Source: Nitrospirota bacterium (GTDB lineage Bacteria > Nitrospirota > UBA9217). Taken from it: a stretch of 64,000 nucleotides of DNA. The notes under the pieces are model-generated. The model was not told the origin of the DNA, searched no databases, and was given only the letters and a program-made list of their open reading frames with translations. Where the stretch lies: positions 416,001-480,000 of the forward strand of contig CAWBNQ010000001.1 in NCBI GenBank assembly GCA_963790205.1, read 5' to 3'. Below are positions 49,126 to 59,129 of this stretch, piece by piece. Numbering within the stretch: position 1 is the stretch's first letter; every line of letters begins with the position of its first letter. Position numbers and translations under genes: made by a program.

Positions 49126-49412
49126 GTTTGACTCCTTTTACAATTGCCTGTAATAAAATACTCACAGCAGGGGACAACCGTGTTTACACACTTCTCCCTC
49201 CTGTGCTCTTTACTTGTCGTGAAGTAATTGCTGCGGAAGAGGCTACTCCCTATTATAACAGACTAAACGAATTTGTGTAAACGGGTTGATAAAAATGCAC
49301 CATGTCCGAGCTTACCGGCATTGCACAACCCGGCAAATGGCGTCTCCCAGAATGAAAAAGTAGGCTTAAGACGCTTCTTAGTTCCCTTTCCGCCTGTTGA
49401 GCTTTCAGCCTC

Positions 49413-50402
49413 TTACTGGCGGAAAAGGACCCTGTCCATGTCGATATTTCTCCCGCCAACGCTCTGCTGATTATGCGTGCCGGTGAGCTTGGAGCCGTTG
49501 TCCGATATCACAAGATCATACGTCTCGGTCTTCCAGTAGCCGACAACGGATTTCATTTTCCACTTCATTTGCAATTTCAATTTTTTGTCGGTTATCTCGA
49601 AGACATTGACGGTAGCAACGCTGTCTGCGGCCCTCTTGGGCGGATTGACAACCAGGTCGCCGCTTGCATTCTTGGCGATTTCAAAAGCAGGAATAGTAAG
49701 TTCTTCACCGCGCAAAGTCTGTTTATAATGCCAGTTGCCGATGAAGTTCGGCATCCTGGACTTTTTGTCCTGCGGCATTTTAATGATCCTGAGCTGCTTA
49801 TCAGGCTCTATTTCGAGCGCCGGTTTTCCGGCAAGGACCAAGGACTTGTCGGCCTTGTGTTCAGGAGCAGGGGCAGGTGCGGCAGCGGGTGCGTTTTTAC
49901 CGGCTTGCATGTCTTCAGCATCGACCTCGAGAGCATATATATTATTTTTCACGTCGCGCGCATTTTTTGCGTCCGGCGCCGCCATAAGGTAGAACTTCAG
50001 ACTTTGGATGGCTTCGACATAAAACCCGGCTTTCTCTTGTACCACGCCGAGATTATAATACGCAAGAGCCAGCCAGGGAGCTGTATTCGCGGCCGCCTCA
50101 AATTCAGCGATGGCTTTCTTGTATCCGGCGCTATCCGAGGCCTTCTGGGCGAACGCAGCTCCCCGCGCCATGTTCCGCTCAGCTTCTTCCGGAACTGCAT
50201 GCATCTGTTTCGCACTCTGCGCCAGCTTGATGATCTTTTCGCGGAGGGTGTTGTCGCCCGGATTTTTCTTAAGGGCATCGATATATTGCTGCAGCGCTTC
50301 CGGCCTAGAAGATGGTTTTTTTGCCGCTTGTGATACAAAACCCGGCAGAACCACTAATAAAAACATCAACGGAATAATCGCGGTACGGATAGTGCGTTTC
50401 AT
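49413..50402 (-). CDS. Exported TPR-repeat protein
   Basis: Signal peptide; AYYNLGVVQEKAG..EAI...YL..AP TPR; Pro/Ala linker; beta-rich C-domain. Confidence 0.8.
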   Translation of the reverse strand: MKRTIRTAIIPLMFLLVVLPGFVSQAAKKPSSRPEALQQYIDALKKNPGDNTLREKIIKLAQSAKQMHAVPEEAERNMARGAAFAQKASDSAGYKKAIAEFEAAANTAPWLALAYYNLGVVQEKAGFYVEAIQSLKFYLMAAPDAKNARDVKNNIYALEVDAEDMQAGKNAPAAAPAPAPEHKADKSLVLAGKPALEIEPDKQLRIIKMPQDKKSRMPNFIGNWHYKQTLRGEELTIPAFEIAKNASGDLVVNPPKRAADSVATVNVFEITDKKLKLQMKWKMKSVVGYWKTETYDLVISDNGSKLTGTHNQQSVGGRNIDMDRVLFRQ

Positions 50403-50794
50403 TTCTTTCTCCTTGCCTCATGCTAAAAGCTACAGAGTCCTCTGCCGATGGTGCATGGTGCTTTTCTTTTGCGTCCGGCAGAGAGGTGTCAACTCATTGA
50501 TTTATTGCGCAAAAATTTATACTATCATAGGAATAGTATCTGAAAGCACGAGGAGAGTCAAGAAGTGTTTTACATAGGGTGCCCTTTTGACCGTGGTATT
50601 TTGGGGGTATTCAAAGTGAAAGGCATGGTGATACGTAAACTTCCCGATTGTTCCTTGATCATGGATAAAGGGGCAAGAGAGAGCCGGCATGATTCCGTGG
50701 TCCGTGCGGGAATGTTTTTTCTTTTTGCGAACTCAAGGCATTGATGCGTCAGATAATTTTTCGTATTGTCTAAACAATTCTGTTAAGCTATATT

Positions 50795-51094
50795 ATGTAT
50801 GCTATGAAAACATGTCATGCTTGCATGCGTGAGCTTACACTCGGCAGGGTCACCGGCCGCAGGGACGAGTGTCCCTTCTGCCGGGGAGATCTCCATTGCT
50901 GCCTGAACTGCAGGTTCTATGACCCGACCTCACCGAAGCAGTGCCGCGAACCCGCAGCCGAGCTGGTGAGGGACAAAAATCGTGCGAACTATTGCGATTA
51001 TTTTGTGTTCGGCGAATCACGAACAACAGGGTCTCAAAACGTTGAGGTTGAAAGTGTACGAAAAGCATTTGACGATCTTTTTAAAAAGAAATGA
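50795..51094 (+). CDS. Small Cys-rich (probable Zn-binding) hypothetical protein
   Basis: CHAC, CPFC, CCLNC, ANYCDYF, FDDLFKK. Confidence 0.75.
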   Translation: MYAMKTCHACMRELTLGRVTGRRDECPFCRGDLHCCLNCRFYDPTSPKQCREPAAELVRDKNRANYCDYFVFGESRTTGSQNVEVESVRKAFDDLFKKK

Positions 51095-51109
51095 GTGTTG
51101 TCGGTACGC

Positions 51110-51847
51110 ATGATAAAATTTGACAGAAAAACCATTTTCGGTCTTGGAGTGTTCAGCGCGGTTGTTGCGGGAATCCTTTTTCTTTTGTTTCCCCTCGGAT
51201 TGGCGGAGTACTTCACAGACCGGCGTCTGCTGGCCCATTTTTTCTCCGAGCATAGGACCAATGCGGTTTTTATCTTCATCGGGCTGCAGATCCTGCAGGT
51301 AGTTGCCGCTCCCGTACCCGGCGAAGTGACAGGATTCGTAGGGGGGGTTTTCTTCGGAACTGTCGGCGGCATCATCTATTCAACCATCGGTCTCACCATT
51401 GGTTCCTGGCTGGCTTTTGTCCTCGCCCGCACGGCGGGCAGGCCGCTTGTCGAGAAGATCGTGAACCCCGAGACGATTAATCGGTATGACTATGTGATGA
51501 AACACAAGGGGATATTTCTCGCGTTTCTCATGTTCCTTATCCCCGGTTTTCCCAAGGATATTCTCTGCTATCTGCTCGGCCTGGGGCACATGAAGCACCG
51601 TGATTTTCTCGTCGTGTCTACGACCGGCCGACTGTTTGGGACCGTGCTCCTGACCGTGGAAGGCTCCTTCTTCCGCGATAAACGCTATGGAGCGTTTTAT
51701 ACGGTCCTGGGTATAAGTATCGTTGTGATCATGCTCGTGATGATATACCGTGAGTACATCGAGCGCTGGTTCCGCCGCATCCGGGCGGCGCAAAGGATTA
51801 AATCCCGTACCGAGCGGACCAAACTGAAAAAGCGCGAGGGGGAGTAA
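51110..51847 (+). CDS. TVP38/DedA (VTT domain) membrane protein
   Basis: QVVAAPVPGE, FLIPGFPKDILCY.LGL. Confidence 0.88.
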   Translation: MIKFDRKTIFGLGVFSAVVAGILFLLFPLGLAEYFTDRRLLAHFFSEHRTNAVFIFIGLQILQVVAAPVPGEVTGFVGGVFFGTVGGIIYSTIGLTIGSWLAFVLARTAGRPLVEKIVNPETINRYDYVMKHKGIFLAFLMFLIPGFPKDILCYLLGLGHMKHRDFLVVSTTGRLFGTVLLTVEGSFFRDKRYGAFYTVLGISIVVIMLVMIYREYIERWFRRIRAAQRIKSRTERTKLKKREGE

Positions 51848-51940
51848 TTACTGAGGACACCATCCCTCTCAGTGAAATGAACGGCAGAGGCCGTGGTTGA
51901 ATTTTTTCACAACAGCAACCACTTCGTAAGATAAGACGGG

Positions 51941-52627
51941 CTAAACGCCTTTCCGGGCCATGTCTCTCCGATCCCGATGGGAGACGCCGCTTAAACGGTC
52001 TCTATATCGCTTATTGATGATGGCGCAGACTTCTTCGGGCTCCTCAACGATATGCATGAGATCGAGGTCCTCGGGGCTGATGTTGCCCATGGCGAGCGCC
52101 GATTCCCTCATCCAGTCGATCAAGCCTTGCCAGTACTCCCTGCCCACGAGCACGACAGGGAAGCTCCTGATCTTGTTGGTCTGGATGAGCGTGAGCGCCT
52201 CGAACAGTTCGTCCATGGTGCCAAAGCCGCCCGGGAAGATCACATATCCGACGGCATATTTTACAAACATGAGCTTGCGCACAAAAAAGTAGCGGAATTC
52301 CACGCGGACGTCCTGGAATGCGTTAGGCGTCTGTTCCGTGGGCAGTTCGATGTTCAGTCCGACGGAGATCCCGTTCGCGTTTTGCGCCCCCCTGTTTGCA
52401 GCCTCCATGATGCCGGGCCCGCCTCCCGAGATGACCGCAAAGCCGTCCTTTGCCAGATTTTCCGCAACCTTGAGGCATTTATTGTAGTAGGGTGATCCCG
52501 GCTGGAGACGGGCGCTCCCGAACATCGTAACGGCGGGGCCGATGCCGTTCAGTGCCTCGAAACCCTCCACAAGCTCTGCCATGATGCGGAACACCCGCCA
52601 GGTGTCGGATTTTGCCAGATCTTCCAT
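51941..52627 (-). CDS. LOG-family (TIGR00730-like) nucleotide phosphoribohydrolase
   Basis: FGSAR, GGGPGIMEA, YFFVRK, PGGFGTMDE. Confidence 0.92.
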   Translation of the reverse strand: MEDLAKSDTWRVFRIMAELVEGFEALNGIGPAVTMFGSARLQPGSPYYNKCLKVAENLAKDGFAVISGGGPGIMEAANRGAQNANGISVGLNIELPTEQTPNAFQDVRVEFRYFFVRKLMFVKYAVGYVIFPGGFGTMDELFEALTLIQTNKIRSFPVVLVGREYWQGLIDWMRESALAMGNISPEDLDLMHIVEEPEEVCAIINKRYRDRLSGVSHRDRRDMARKGV

Positions 52628-52756
52628 GTTTCTTTCTCCTTTTATGTTAAGAAAAATTTTTTCCGCAGAGATCATCGAGGCTGCAGACGCGGAGCGAAGT
52701 CGAGAAATTGAAAAGCGGAAAGACATGATGCAATAATGCATTAACCTTCATCTTCC

Positions 52757-53848
52757 TCATTTTTGTTTTCCGTTTTCATTCGCCGCGTACTCCTCGCGGT
52801 AAATCTGGATAAATGCGGTAAGAAGCGTCACGATCAGGGGACCGAAAAGAATGCCCAGGATGCCGTATACCTGCAATCCGCCGAGGATCCCCAGGAACAA
52901 GAAGAACGTCGGGAGGTCGGCTTTTTTCCCGATGAGCATGGGTTTTAAAAAATTGTCCGGCAGGCTTACCAGGACCAGTCCCCAGCTCGCGAGAAGTACT
53001 CCCTGCAGAGTTGCGCCGGTCAGCAGAAGGAAGAGCGCCCCGGGAATCCAGACAAGCGCCGCGCCTCCGATCGGAAGAAGCGCCAAAAAAGCGGCAAGAA
53101 AACCCCAGAATACCGGAAAGGGCACGTGAAACAGCGCGAACCCGATGCCGGTCATACACCCCTGGCCAAGGGCGATGAGAAATATGCCGTTCATCACCGC
53201 ACTAAAGGTGTCGTGAAATTTCCGCGCTATGGATTGCTTCTGCTCATGCTTGAAGGGGAGCAGGTCCATACCGGCGCGGTAGTAGTCCTCCCCGCTGCGA
53301 AAAAAGAAAAAAAGAGCAATGAGCGTGATCAGGAGATTAACGACCAGGAGCACAGTGTTGCGGAGAACGCTGCCGATGTGCGTTGCCAGGCTTGAAGATA
53401 TTTGGCCCAGGCCTTTTATGAAGGTTCCCTTTATACCAAAACCGGAGAGCAGCGGATGGGTGAGAATCGTTTGCGAGACAGAGGAGGTCAGCCTGTTCCA
53501 GAGCTCAGCCGCGGCGCCGGATCTAATGCCCTCCGAAGCCCACTGGTACAGGTCGACGGCCTGGGATACAAGCATGGCAAGCAGCGCTAGAGCAGGACCG
53601 ATTACGAGAAGGAGGGTGACGAGCGTCATGGCAGCCGCGGCAAGCCCTGTCCTCCCGCGGAGCAGGGTCACCGTCTTTCTGTAGAGAGGATGAAGCGCGA
53701 GCGCGATGATGCCCGCCCAGACAAGGGCCGCGAAAAAGACCGCGAGTATCCTGGCCATCTGGTACAGGAGGAACAGAAAAATTGCGAAAAAGGCAACAGT
53801 GACGGCATGCGAGCGGGAGATGGAGGGTTCTGTTTGTTTGCTGGTCAA
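52757..53848 (-). CDS. AI-2E family transporter
   Basis: Multiple TMs, DNFLKPMLIG, GILFGP. Confidence 0.9.
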   Translation of the reverse strand: MTSKQTEPSISRSHAVTVAFFAIFLFLLYQMARILAVFFAALVWAGIIALALHPLYRKTVTLLRGRTGLAAAAMTLVTLLLVIGPALALLAMLVSQAVDLYQWASEGIRSGAAAELWNRLTSSVSQTILTHPLLSGFGIKGTFIKGLGQISSSLATHIGSVLRNTVLLVVNLLITLIALFFFFRSGEDYYRAGMDLLPFKHEQKQSIARKFHDTFSAVMNGIFLIALGQGCMTGIGFALFHVPFPVFWGFLAAFLALLPIGGAALVWIPGALFLLLTGATLQGVLLASWGLVLVSLPDNFLKPMLIGKKADLPTFFLFLGILGGLQVYGILGILFGPLIVTLLTAFIQIYREEYAANENGKQK

Positions 53849-54864
53849 GCATCCCCCCCGGCTGCCGATTTTTTGTGCGCAGCCAGCTTAACGGCAAGCT
53901 TCACCGCCTCGAGCAAGCTCGCCGGATCGGCACAGCCCCTGCCGGCGATGTCGTAGGCGGTCCCGTGATCGACCGAGGTCCGTATGATCGGCAGGCCCAC
54001 GGTGACGTTCACGGCGTTTCCGAAAGCCATCATCTTAAGCGGCGCCAGGCCCTGGTCGTGGTACATGGCAACCACGACGTCGTAGTAATTGTTACGCGCC
54101 TTGTAAAAGAGCGTGTCGGCCGGAACGGGGTCGCTTGCGTCAATACCCGCCTCGCGCGCCTTTATCACGGCAGGCAGTATCTCGTCCCACTCTTCGGACC
54201 CGAAGAGCCTTCCCTCCCCTGCATGCGGATTCAGGGCCGCCACGCCGATGCGGGGCTTTTCGATGCCGAAGGTTTGCATCGCCTTGTGCGCGAGGCGGAG
54301 GGTCTTCAAGATCGTGCCGGTATTGATGTGCTTGTGCACATCCCTGAGCGCGAGATGGATGGTCGCCAGAATAACCCGCAAGCCGCCGCCCACGAACAGC
54401 ATGCCGTATTCCTGAGAAGCAGTGAGGTAGGCGAGAAGCTCGGTGTGGCCGGCGTAATGGTAGCCCGCCGCGTTCATCATTTCCTTGTTAATCGGCGCGG
54501 TAACGATCGCATCGGCCCCGCCGTTCATGGTCAATTCAACAGCCTTCTTGATATATTCAACGACTGCCTTGCCTGAAGAGATGCCGGGGCGTCCCCATTT
54601 GTGGGTAGCGAGGTCCACCATCTTGAGGTCGAGAACGTCCAGCTTGCCGTGATCAGGATCGGCCTGGGCGAGGGATGCAATGCTGCGTACCGAAATAGAA
54701 AGTCGCATTTCCTCGACAATTTTTTTTATGACACCGGTGTCGCCGATGACTACGGGCCTGCAGAGCGGATAGAGCTCGCCGCTGTCGATGACCTTGGTAA
54801 TGATCTCCGGGCCAATGCCGGCGGGATCGCCCATGGTTATGACTATGAAAGGTTTTCGTTCCAC
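53845..54864 (-). CDS. pdxA: 4-hydroxythreonine-4-phosphate dehydrogenase
   Basis: TMGDPAGIGPE, GHTE, NPHAGE, MYHDQG, RTSVDHGTA. Confidence 0.95.
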   Translation of the reverse strand: MERKPFIVITMGDPAGIGPEIITKVIDSGELYPLCRPVVIGDTGVIKKIVEEMRLSISVRSIASLAQADPDHGKLDVLDLKMVDLATHKWGRPGISSGKAVVEYIKKAVELTMNGGADAIVTAPINKEMMNAAGYHYAGHTELLAYLTASQEYGMLFVGGGLRVILATIHLALRDVHKHINTGTILKTLRLAHKAMQTFGIEKPRIGVAALNPHAGEGRLFGSEEWDEILPAVIKAREAGIDASDPVPADTLFYKARNNYYDVVVAMYHDQGLAPLKMMAFGNAVNVTVGLPIIRTSVDHGTAYDIAGRGCADPASLLEAVKLAVKLAAHKKSAAGGDA

Positions 54865-55136
54865 GGGTTTTTTTCTTTCGGCAAACGCGTATCTGATTTC
54901 AGCCGGTACAGTTCGTCCGGAAATGTCTTTTTGGAGGATGCTGCGAATAAGCCGATTATTTCGAGTTCAATGATTCGCGATGAAAATTTCAGGGTGACGA
55001 TATCGTGCTGCTTAACTTCTTTGGCCGGTTTGGCTGCGTTACCGTTGACGAGCACCTTGCCACTGTCGCACATCTCTCTGGCTGCAGTTCGTCTTTTTAT
55101 AAGCCTGCTGGTTTTCAGAAAGAGGTCAAGCCGCAC
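54843..55136 (-). CDS. S4-domain RNA-binding protein (Hsp15/RqcP-like)
   Basis: MRLDLFLK.SRLIKRR..A...CDSGKV.VNG..AKP. Confidence 0.88.
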   Translation of the reverse strand: MRLDLFLKTSRLIKRRTAAREMCDSGKVLVNGNAAKPAKEVKQHDIVTLKFSSRIIELEIIGLFAASSKKTFPDELYRLKSDTRLPKEKNPWNENLS

Positions 55137-55346
55137 AAAATAATTGTAGCGTAAAAAAGAGTGTTTTACAATCGCAATCTATAATCTGAAAAGTAGATTG
55201 ACGCTTGATAGTGAGAGAATCATTATCAAGCAGACAATGATGACAAGGGGAGCGAAACATGCAAATTTTGAATCAACACCTCCCGCCGGACAATGTTAGC
55301 TTCTTTTCCGTACAGAAGGCCATGCCCCCTGCCCCGGCAAGAACAG

Positions 55347-56765
55347 TTATTTTATCATGCCGATAGCAGTTTCAATACGCTTAATGGTCTTTTCTTTGCC
55401 CATCACCTCGATCACTTCAAAAATACCGGGGCTGACCGTGCCCCCGGTCAGGGCCACGCGCACGGGCTGGGCGAGCTTGCCGAGTTTTAGTCCCTTTGCC
55501 GACACCAGGGCATTGAACACCTTCTCCAGTTCGGCATGGGAAAAGGACTCGACAGACTTGAGGCGCGCTGTCAGTTCAGAGAGAAGCGGCGCCATGTCCG
55601 ACGTCAAGTGCTTGGCTTTTGCCTTTTCATCCATCTTAATATCGTCGACGATGAAGGGAAGGGCGGCGGTTTTCATTTCCGCTAGCGTGTGGCTACGTTC
55701 GGTGAGTATCTTTACGAGCTTCTTGAACCACTCGATGTCCGGCTCCCTGCCCGCGGTTATCGTGCCGTCCTTCTTTAAGAGATCAAGGACCAATTCCGCG
55801 AGTCTGCCGGACTCGGCCTGCTGAATGTAGTGATGGTTCAGCCAGAGGAGCTTCTCGGCATTGAAGATCGACGGAGCCTTGCCGACGCTCTCCAGAGAGA
55901 ATTTTTCTATAAGCTCCTGATTTGAGAATATCTCCTGATCGCCGTGGGACCAGCCGAGTCGCGCGAGGTAGTTCACGAGTGCTTCGGGCAAATAGCCCAA
56001 GGCGATATATTCGGTGACGGCTGTCGCGCCGTGGCGCTTTGATAATTTCGTCTTGTCCGAGCCCAGGATCATCGGCAGATGGGCGAACTCAGGCGGCTCG
56101 TACCCGAGCGCCCGGTAAAGCTGGATCTGGCGCGGGGTGTTGTTCAAATGGTCGTCGCCCCGGATCACATGGGAGATGTTCATGGTGACATCGTCCACAA
56201 CGACGGCAAAGTTGTAGGTAGGAAGCCCGTCCGAGCGCAGGATGATAAGGTCATCGAGCTGCTGGTTCTCGAAGGTCACCGCGCCGCGGATCAGATCGCG
56301 AACGACGGTCTGGCCCTCGTCGGACGAGAGGAACCGTACGGCCGGCGTCCTGCCCGCGATAGGGGCGCTCCGCGACCGGCATTTCCGGTCATATTTAGGC
56401 GGCTTGCCCGCGGCCATGGCTTCTTTTCTTCTGGTCTCAAGCTCTTCCGGCGTGCAGTAGCAGTGGTAAGCCTTACCCGCCTTGAGCAGGCGCTCGACGT
56501 GCTCACGGTAGACGGCCATGCGTTCGGTCTGTCGAAAGGGGCCCTCGTCCCAGTCGAGCCCGAGCCATTTCATTCCGTCGAGGATGATCTGAATGGACTC
56601 GTCAGTGGAACGGGTCTGGTCCGTGTCTTCGATCCGCAAAATAAACTTCCCACCGTGGTGGCGGGCAAATAGCCAGTTAAACAGAGCGGTACGGACGCCG
56701 CCGATGTGCAGGGCGCCGGTAGGGCTCGGCGCAAAGCGGACTCGAACGTCACTGGTGGTACTCAT
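55347..56765 (-). CDS. gltX: Glutamate--tRNA ligase
   Basis: RFAPSPTG.LHIGG, RIEDTD, KLSKRHG. Confidence 0.97.
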   Translation of the reverse strand: MSTTSDVRVRFAPSPTGALHIGGVRTALFNWLFARHHGGKFILRIEDTDQTRSTDESIQIILDGMKWLGLDWDEGPFRQTERMAVYREHVERLLKAGKAYHCYCTPEELETRRKEAMAAGKPPKYDRKCRSRSAPIAGRTPAVRFLSSDEGQTVVRDLIRGAVTFENQQLDDLIILRSDGLPTYNFAVVVDDVTMNISHVIRGDDHLNNTPRQIQLYRALGYEPPEFAHLPMILGSDKTKLSKRHGATAVTEYIALGYLPEALVNYLARLGWSHGDQEIFSNQELIEKFSLESVGKAPSIFNAEKLLWLNHHYIQQAESGRLAELVLDLLKKDGTITAGREPDIEWFKKLVKILTERSHTLAEMKTAALPFIVDDIKMDEKAKAKHLTSDMAPLLSELTARLKSVESFSHAELEKVFNALVSAKGLKLGKLAQPVRVALTGGTVSPGIFEVIEVMGKEKTIKRIETAIGMIK

Positions 56766-56986
56766 GGTGCGGTTGACTCCTTGCGTTCATAAGGATTTGT
56801 TGTTGCAACACACTATTATAACAGATAATCGAGACTAGCAAAAGCAAATTAGCGGGTCGTCAAGATGAGCTCTCGGACGCCTATATATACTAACTATATG
56901 TAAGAAAACGGCTTTTTTGTGCCGGTGAATACATCAGCACGAAAAATGAAACGGATTTTTTATACGTGACCGCCTATCCGGTTGAT

Positions 56987-57015
56987 TTGACAAGGCCTCG
57001 TTCCTTCGCTATGAT
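56987..57015 (+). promoter_or_regulatory. sigma70 promoter
   Basis: TTGACA(56987-92)-N17-TATGAT(57010-15). Confidence 0.65.
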
Positions 57016-57119
57016 TGAAACAGTAATAATTGTAATTTGAGGTCCTGTTCTCGCTTGCTGCGGATATACGCCTTGGACTGGTGAGAAGCCGGCATCATAA
57101 TTTTTTTGGAGGTGTGAAT

Positions 57120-57566
57120 ATGGACATCAAGGTGTTAACGACTGCTCCTGTTGTAGAAATCGACGGCGTCAAATACCACCACCATCCGAATGGCGGAGGT
57201 ATGGTTGCCGAGAATGCGCATGTGGCGGATACCGTCTACGTCGGTCCCTTTGCCAAGATCTGCGGCCACTGCAAGCTGAGTGGCGAGGCCTTTGTATTCG
57301 GGAACGCCTGGATCTTCGACAAGGCGGAGGTCTCGGGCAGGGCCGAGATATTCGGGAACGCCAAGGTCTTCGGCAACGCGAAGGTCCAGGGTGACGCCAA
57401 GGTCTATGGATTTGCCGCCGTCTATGGCGACGCAGTGGTGAGCGGTTTTGCCGAGGTGTCTGACAGGGCAGAGATCGGGGGGAACGCGCGGGCGCTTGGC
57501 AATGCCCGGGTAGGCGGAGATGCCAAGGTTATGGGTGACGTGAGCGCTGAAAAAAAGGTGGCGTAA
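57120..57566 (+). CDS. Hexapeptide-repeat (left-handed beta-helix) protein
   Basis: HPNGGG.VA then GNAKVF/GNAKVQ/GDAKVY repeats; GGAGGT RBS. Confidence 0.82.
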   Translation: MDIKVLTTAPVVEIDGVKYHHHPNGGGMVAENAHVADTVYVGPFAKICGHCKLSGEAFVFGNAWIFDKAEVSGRAEIFGNAKVFGNAKVQGDAKVYGFAAVYGDAVVSGFAEVSDRAEIGGNARALGNARVGGDAKVMGDVSAEKKVA

Positions 57567-57606
57567 CCGGCGGCATCTTCACAGCAATTTTCTAAATCAG
57601 AAAATA

Positions 57607-57639
57607 AAAAAGGGACGGTTCAAAGAGCCGTCCCTTTTT
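57607..57639. terminator. Bidirectional intrinsic terminator
   Basis: AAAAAGGGACGGTTC-AAA-GAGCCGTCCCTTTTT between convergent genes. Confidence 0.85.
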
Positions 57640-57659
57640 GTTATACTGAAGCATATTTG

Positions 57660-58085
<426 letters not shown>

Positions 58086-58120
58086 TCAGGAAGGAACTCT
58101 GTACCATCGGGGTCGAATGT

Positions 58121-58807
58121 CTAGTGATGTTCTCCGCCGATATGCGCCTCTTCGATAGATCCGGCGAGATAGAGCATAGTCAAAAGCGCGAACACTCCTG
58201 CCTGCACGAAGGATACAAGGAGGCCGAGGCCAAGAATAGGAACTTGTAGAAAATAAGGAAAAAGAAAGAACAAAACGAGAAGCAGAACATGCTTGGCGAT
58301 CATGTTCCCGAAAAGACGAATAGAGAGTGAGAGCACCCTGGCTAAATGGCTGATGACTTCGATGATAAACATGAATGGTGCAAGGACCCACATCGGACCA
58401 AAAAAGTGCTTAATATACCCGAACCCATGTCGTTTGACGCCGATATAATGAGTTGCGGTGAACGATACGAGCGCCAGCGCAAGCGTCGTGTTGATATTGG
58501 CAGTCGGTGAATCGAATCCGGGGAAGAGTCCCTCGAGGTTGCAGACGAGGATGAACAGGAACAGGGTGCCGATCAGCGTCAGGTAATGCTTGCCCTCGGG
58601 TCCCATGATCTCTTCGACGAAGTTTTCGAGGCCACCGACGATGGTCTCCATGAGGTTCTGTACACCCGTGGGCGCGGACTTTTTAAGGGTTAAACGCGCG
58701 ACGAGTGAAAGGCCGATGAGGATTGCCATGGCAAGCCATGTGTACGTGACATGTACTGGAACATTCGGTGCCAATGCTTCTAGTACCAGCGGACCTTCTT
58801 TCATCAT
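58121..58807 (-). CDS. atpB: F0 ATP synthase subunit a
   Basis: PTANINTT, RVLSLSIRLFGNM, VQAGVF.LL..LY. Confidence 0.95.
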   Translation of the reverse strand: MMKEGPLVLEALAPNVPVHVTYTWLAMAILIGLSLVARLTLKKSAPTGVQNLMETIVGGLENFVEEIMGPEGKHYLTLIGTLFLFILVCNLEGLFPGFDSPTANINTTLALALVSFTATHYIGVKRHGFGYIKHFFGPMWVLAPFMFIIEVISHLARVLSLSIRLFGNMIAKHVLLLVLFFLFPYFLQVPILGLGLLVSFVQAGVFALLTMLYLAGSIEEAHIGGEHH

Positions 58808-58847
58808 AACCTAACGCTCCTTATTAGACGAATATCATACTCGAAAA

Positions 58848-58876
58848 AATCTACAGGAACCCCCTTTTTTTGTCAA
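58848..58876 (-). promoter_or_regulatory. sigma70 promoter for atpBE
   Basis: Minus strand TTGACA-N17-TAGATT. Confidence 0.5.
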
Positions 58877-59129
58877 GAAAAAACCAGGAATGATCTCATA
58901 AAATTTCTTAATAATTCTATATATTATTGCTAATAAAACGTAACCTTTCCGGAACAGGCAACAGAAGGTGCCGTCCCCCTGACTGGTCGCGGGTTTGCAA
59001 AAGGCCGGGATGCGGGCTACAGGAAACGAGCGGGATGGTTAATGCCGAAGTCGTATACGCGCTTGAATCATTCTTGCCTTATTTAGGGAGAATGAAATCG
59101 TAAAACTTGTTGCATGAACTGCCCTGTCT

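Noticed and set aside
49200..49252. yybP-ykoY riboswitch (GGGAGTAGCC on the minus strand)
   Set aside because: Other conserved elements such as GAGACC are not visible, and the motif abuts the -10 box
50430..50495. c-di-GMP-I riboswitch (GACGCAAA on the minus strand)
   Set aside because: No P1 stem with GNRA loop or receptor; only a simple hairpin
51896..51912. Rex-like operator (..TTGAA-N4-TTCACAA)
   Set aside because: Only one good half-site and located between convergent gene ends
55169..55190. Further GATTGCG-family cassette (CAATCGCAATCTATAATCTGAA)
   Set aside because: Too short and degenerate to distinguish from chance
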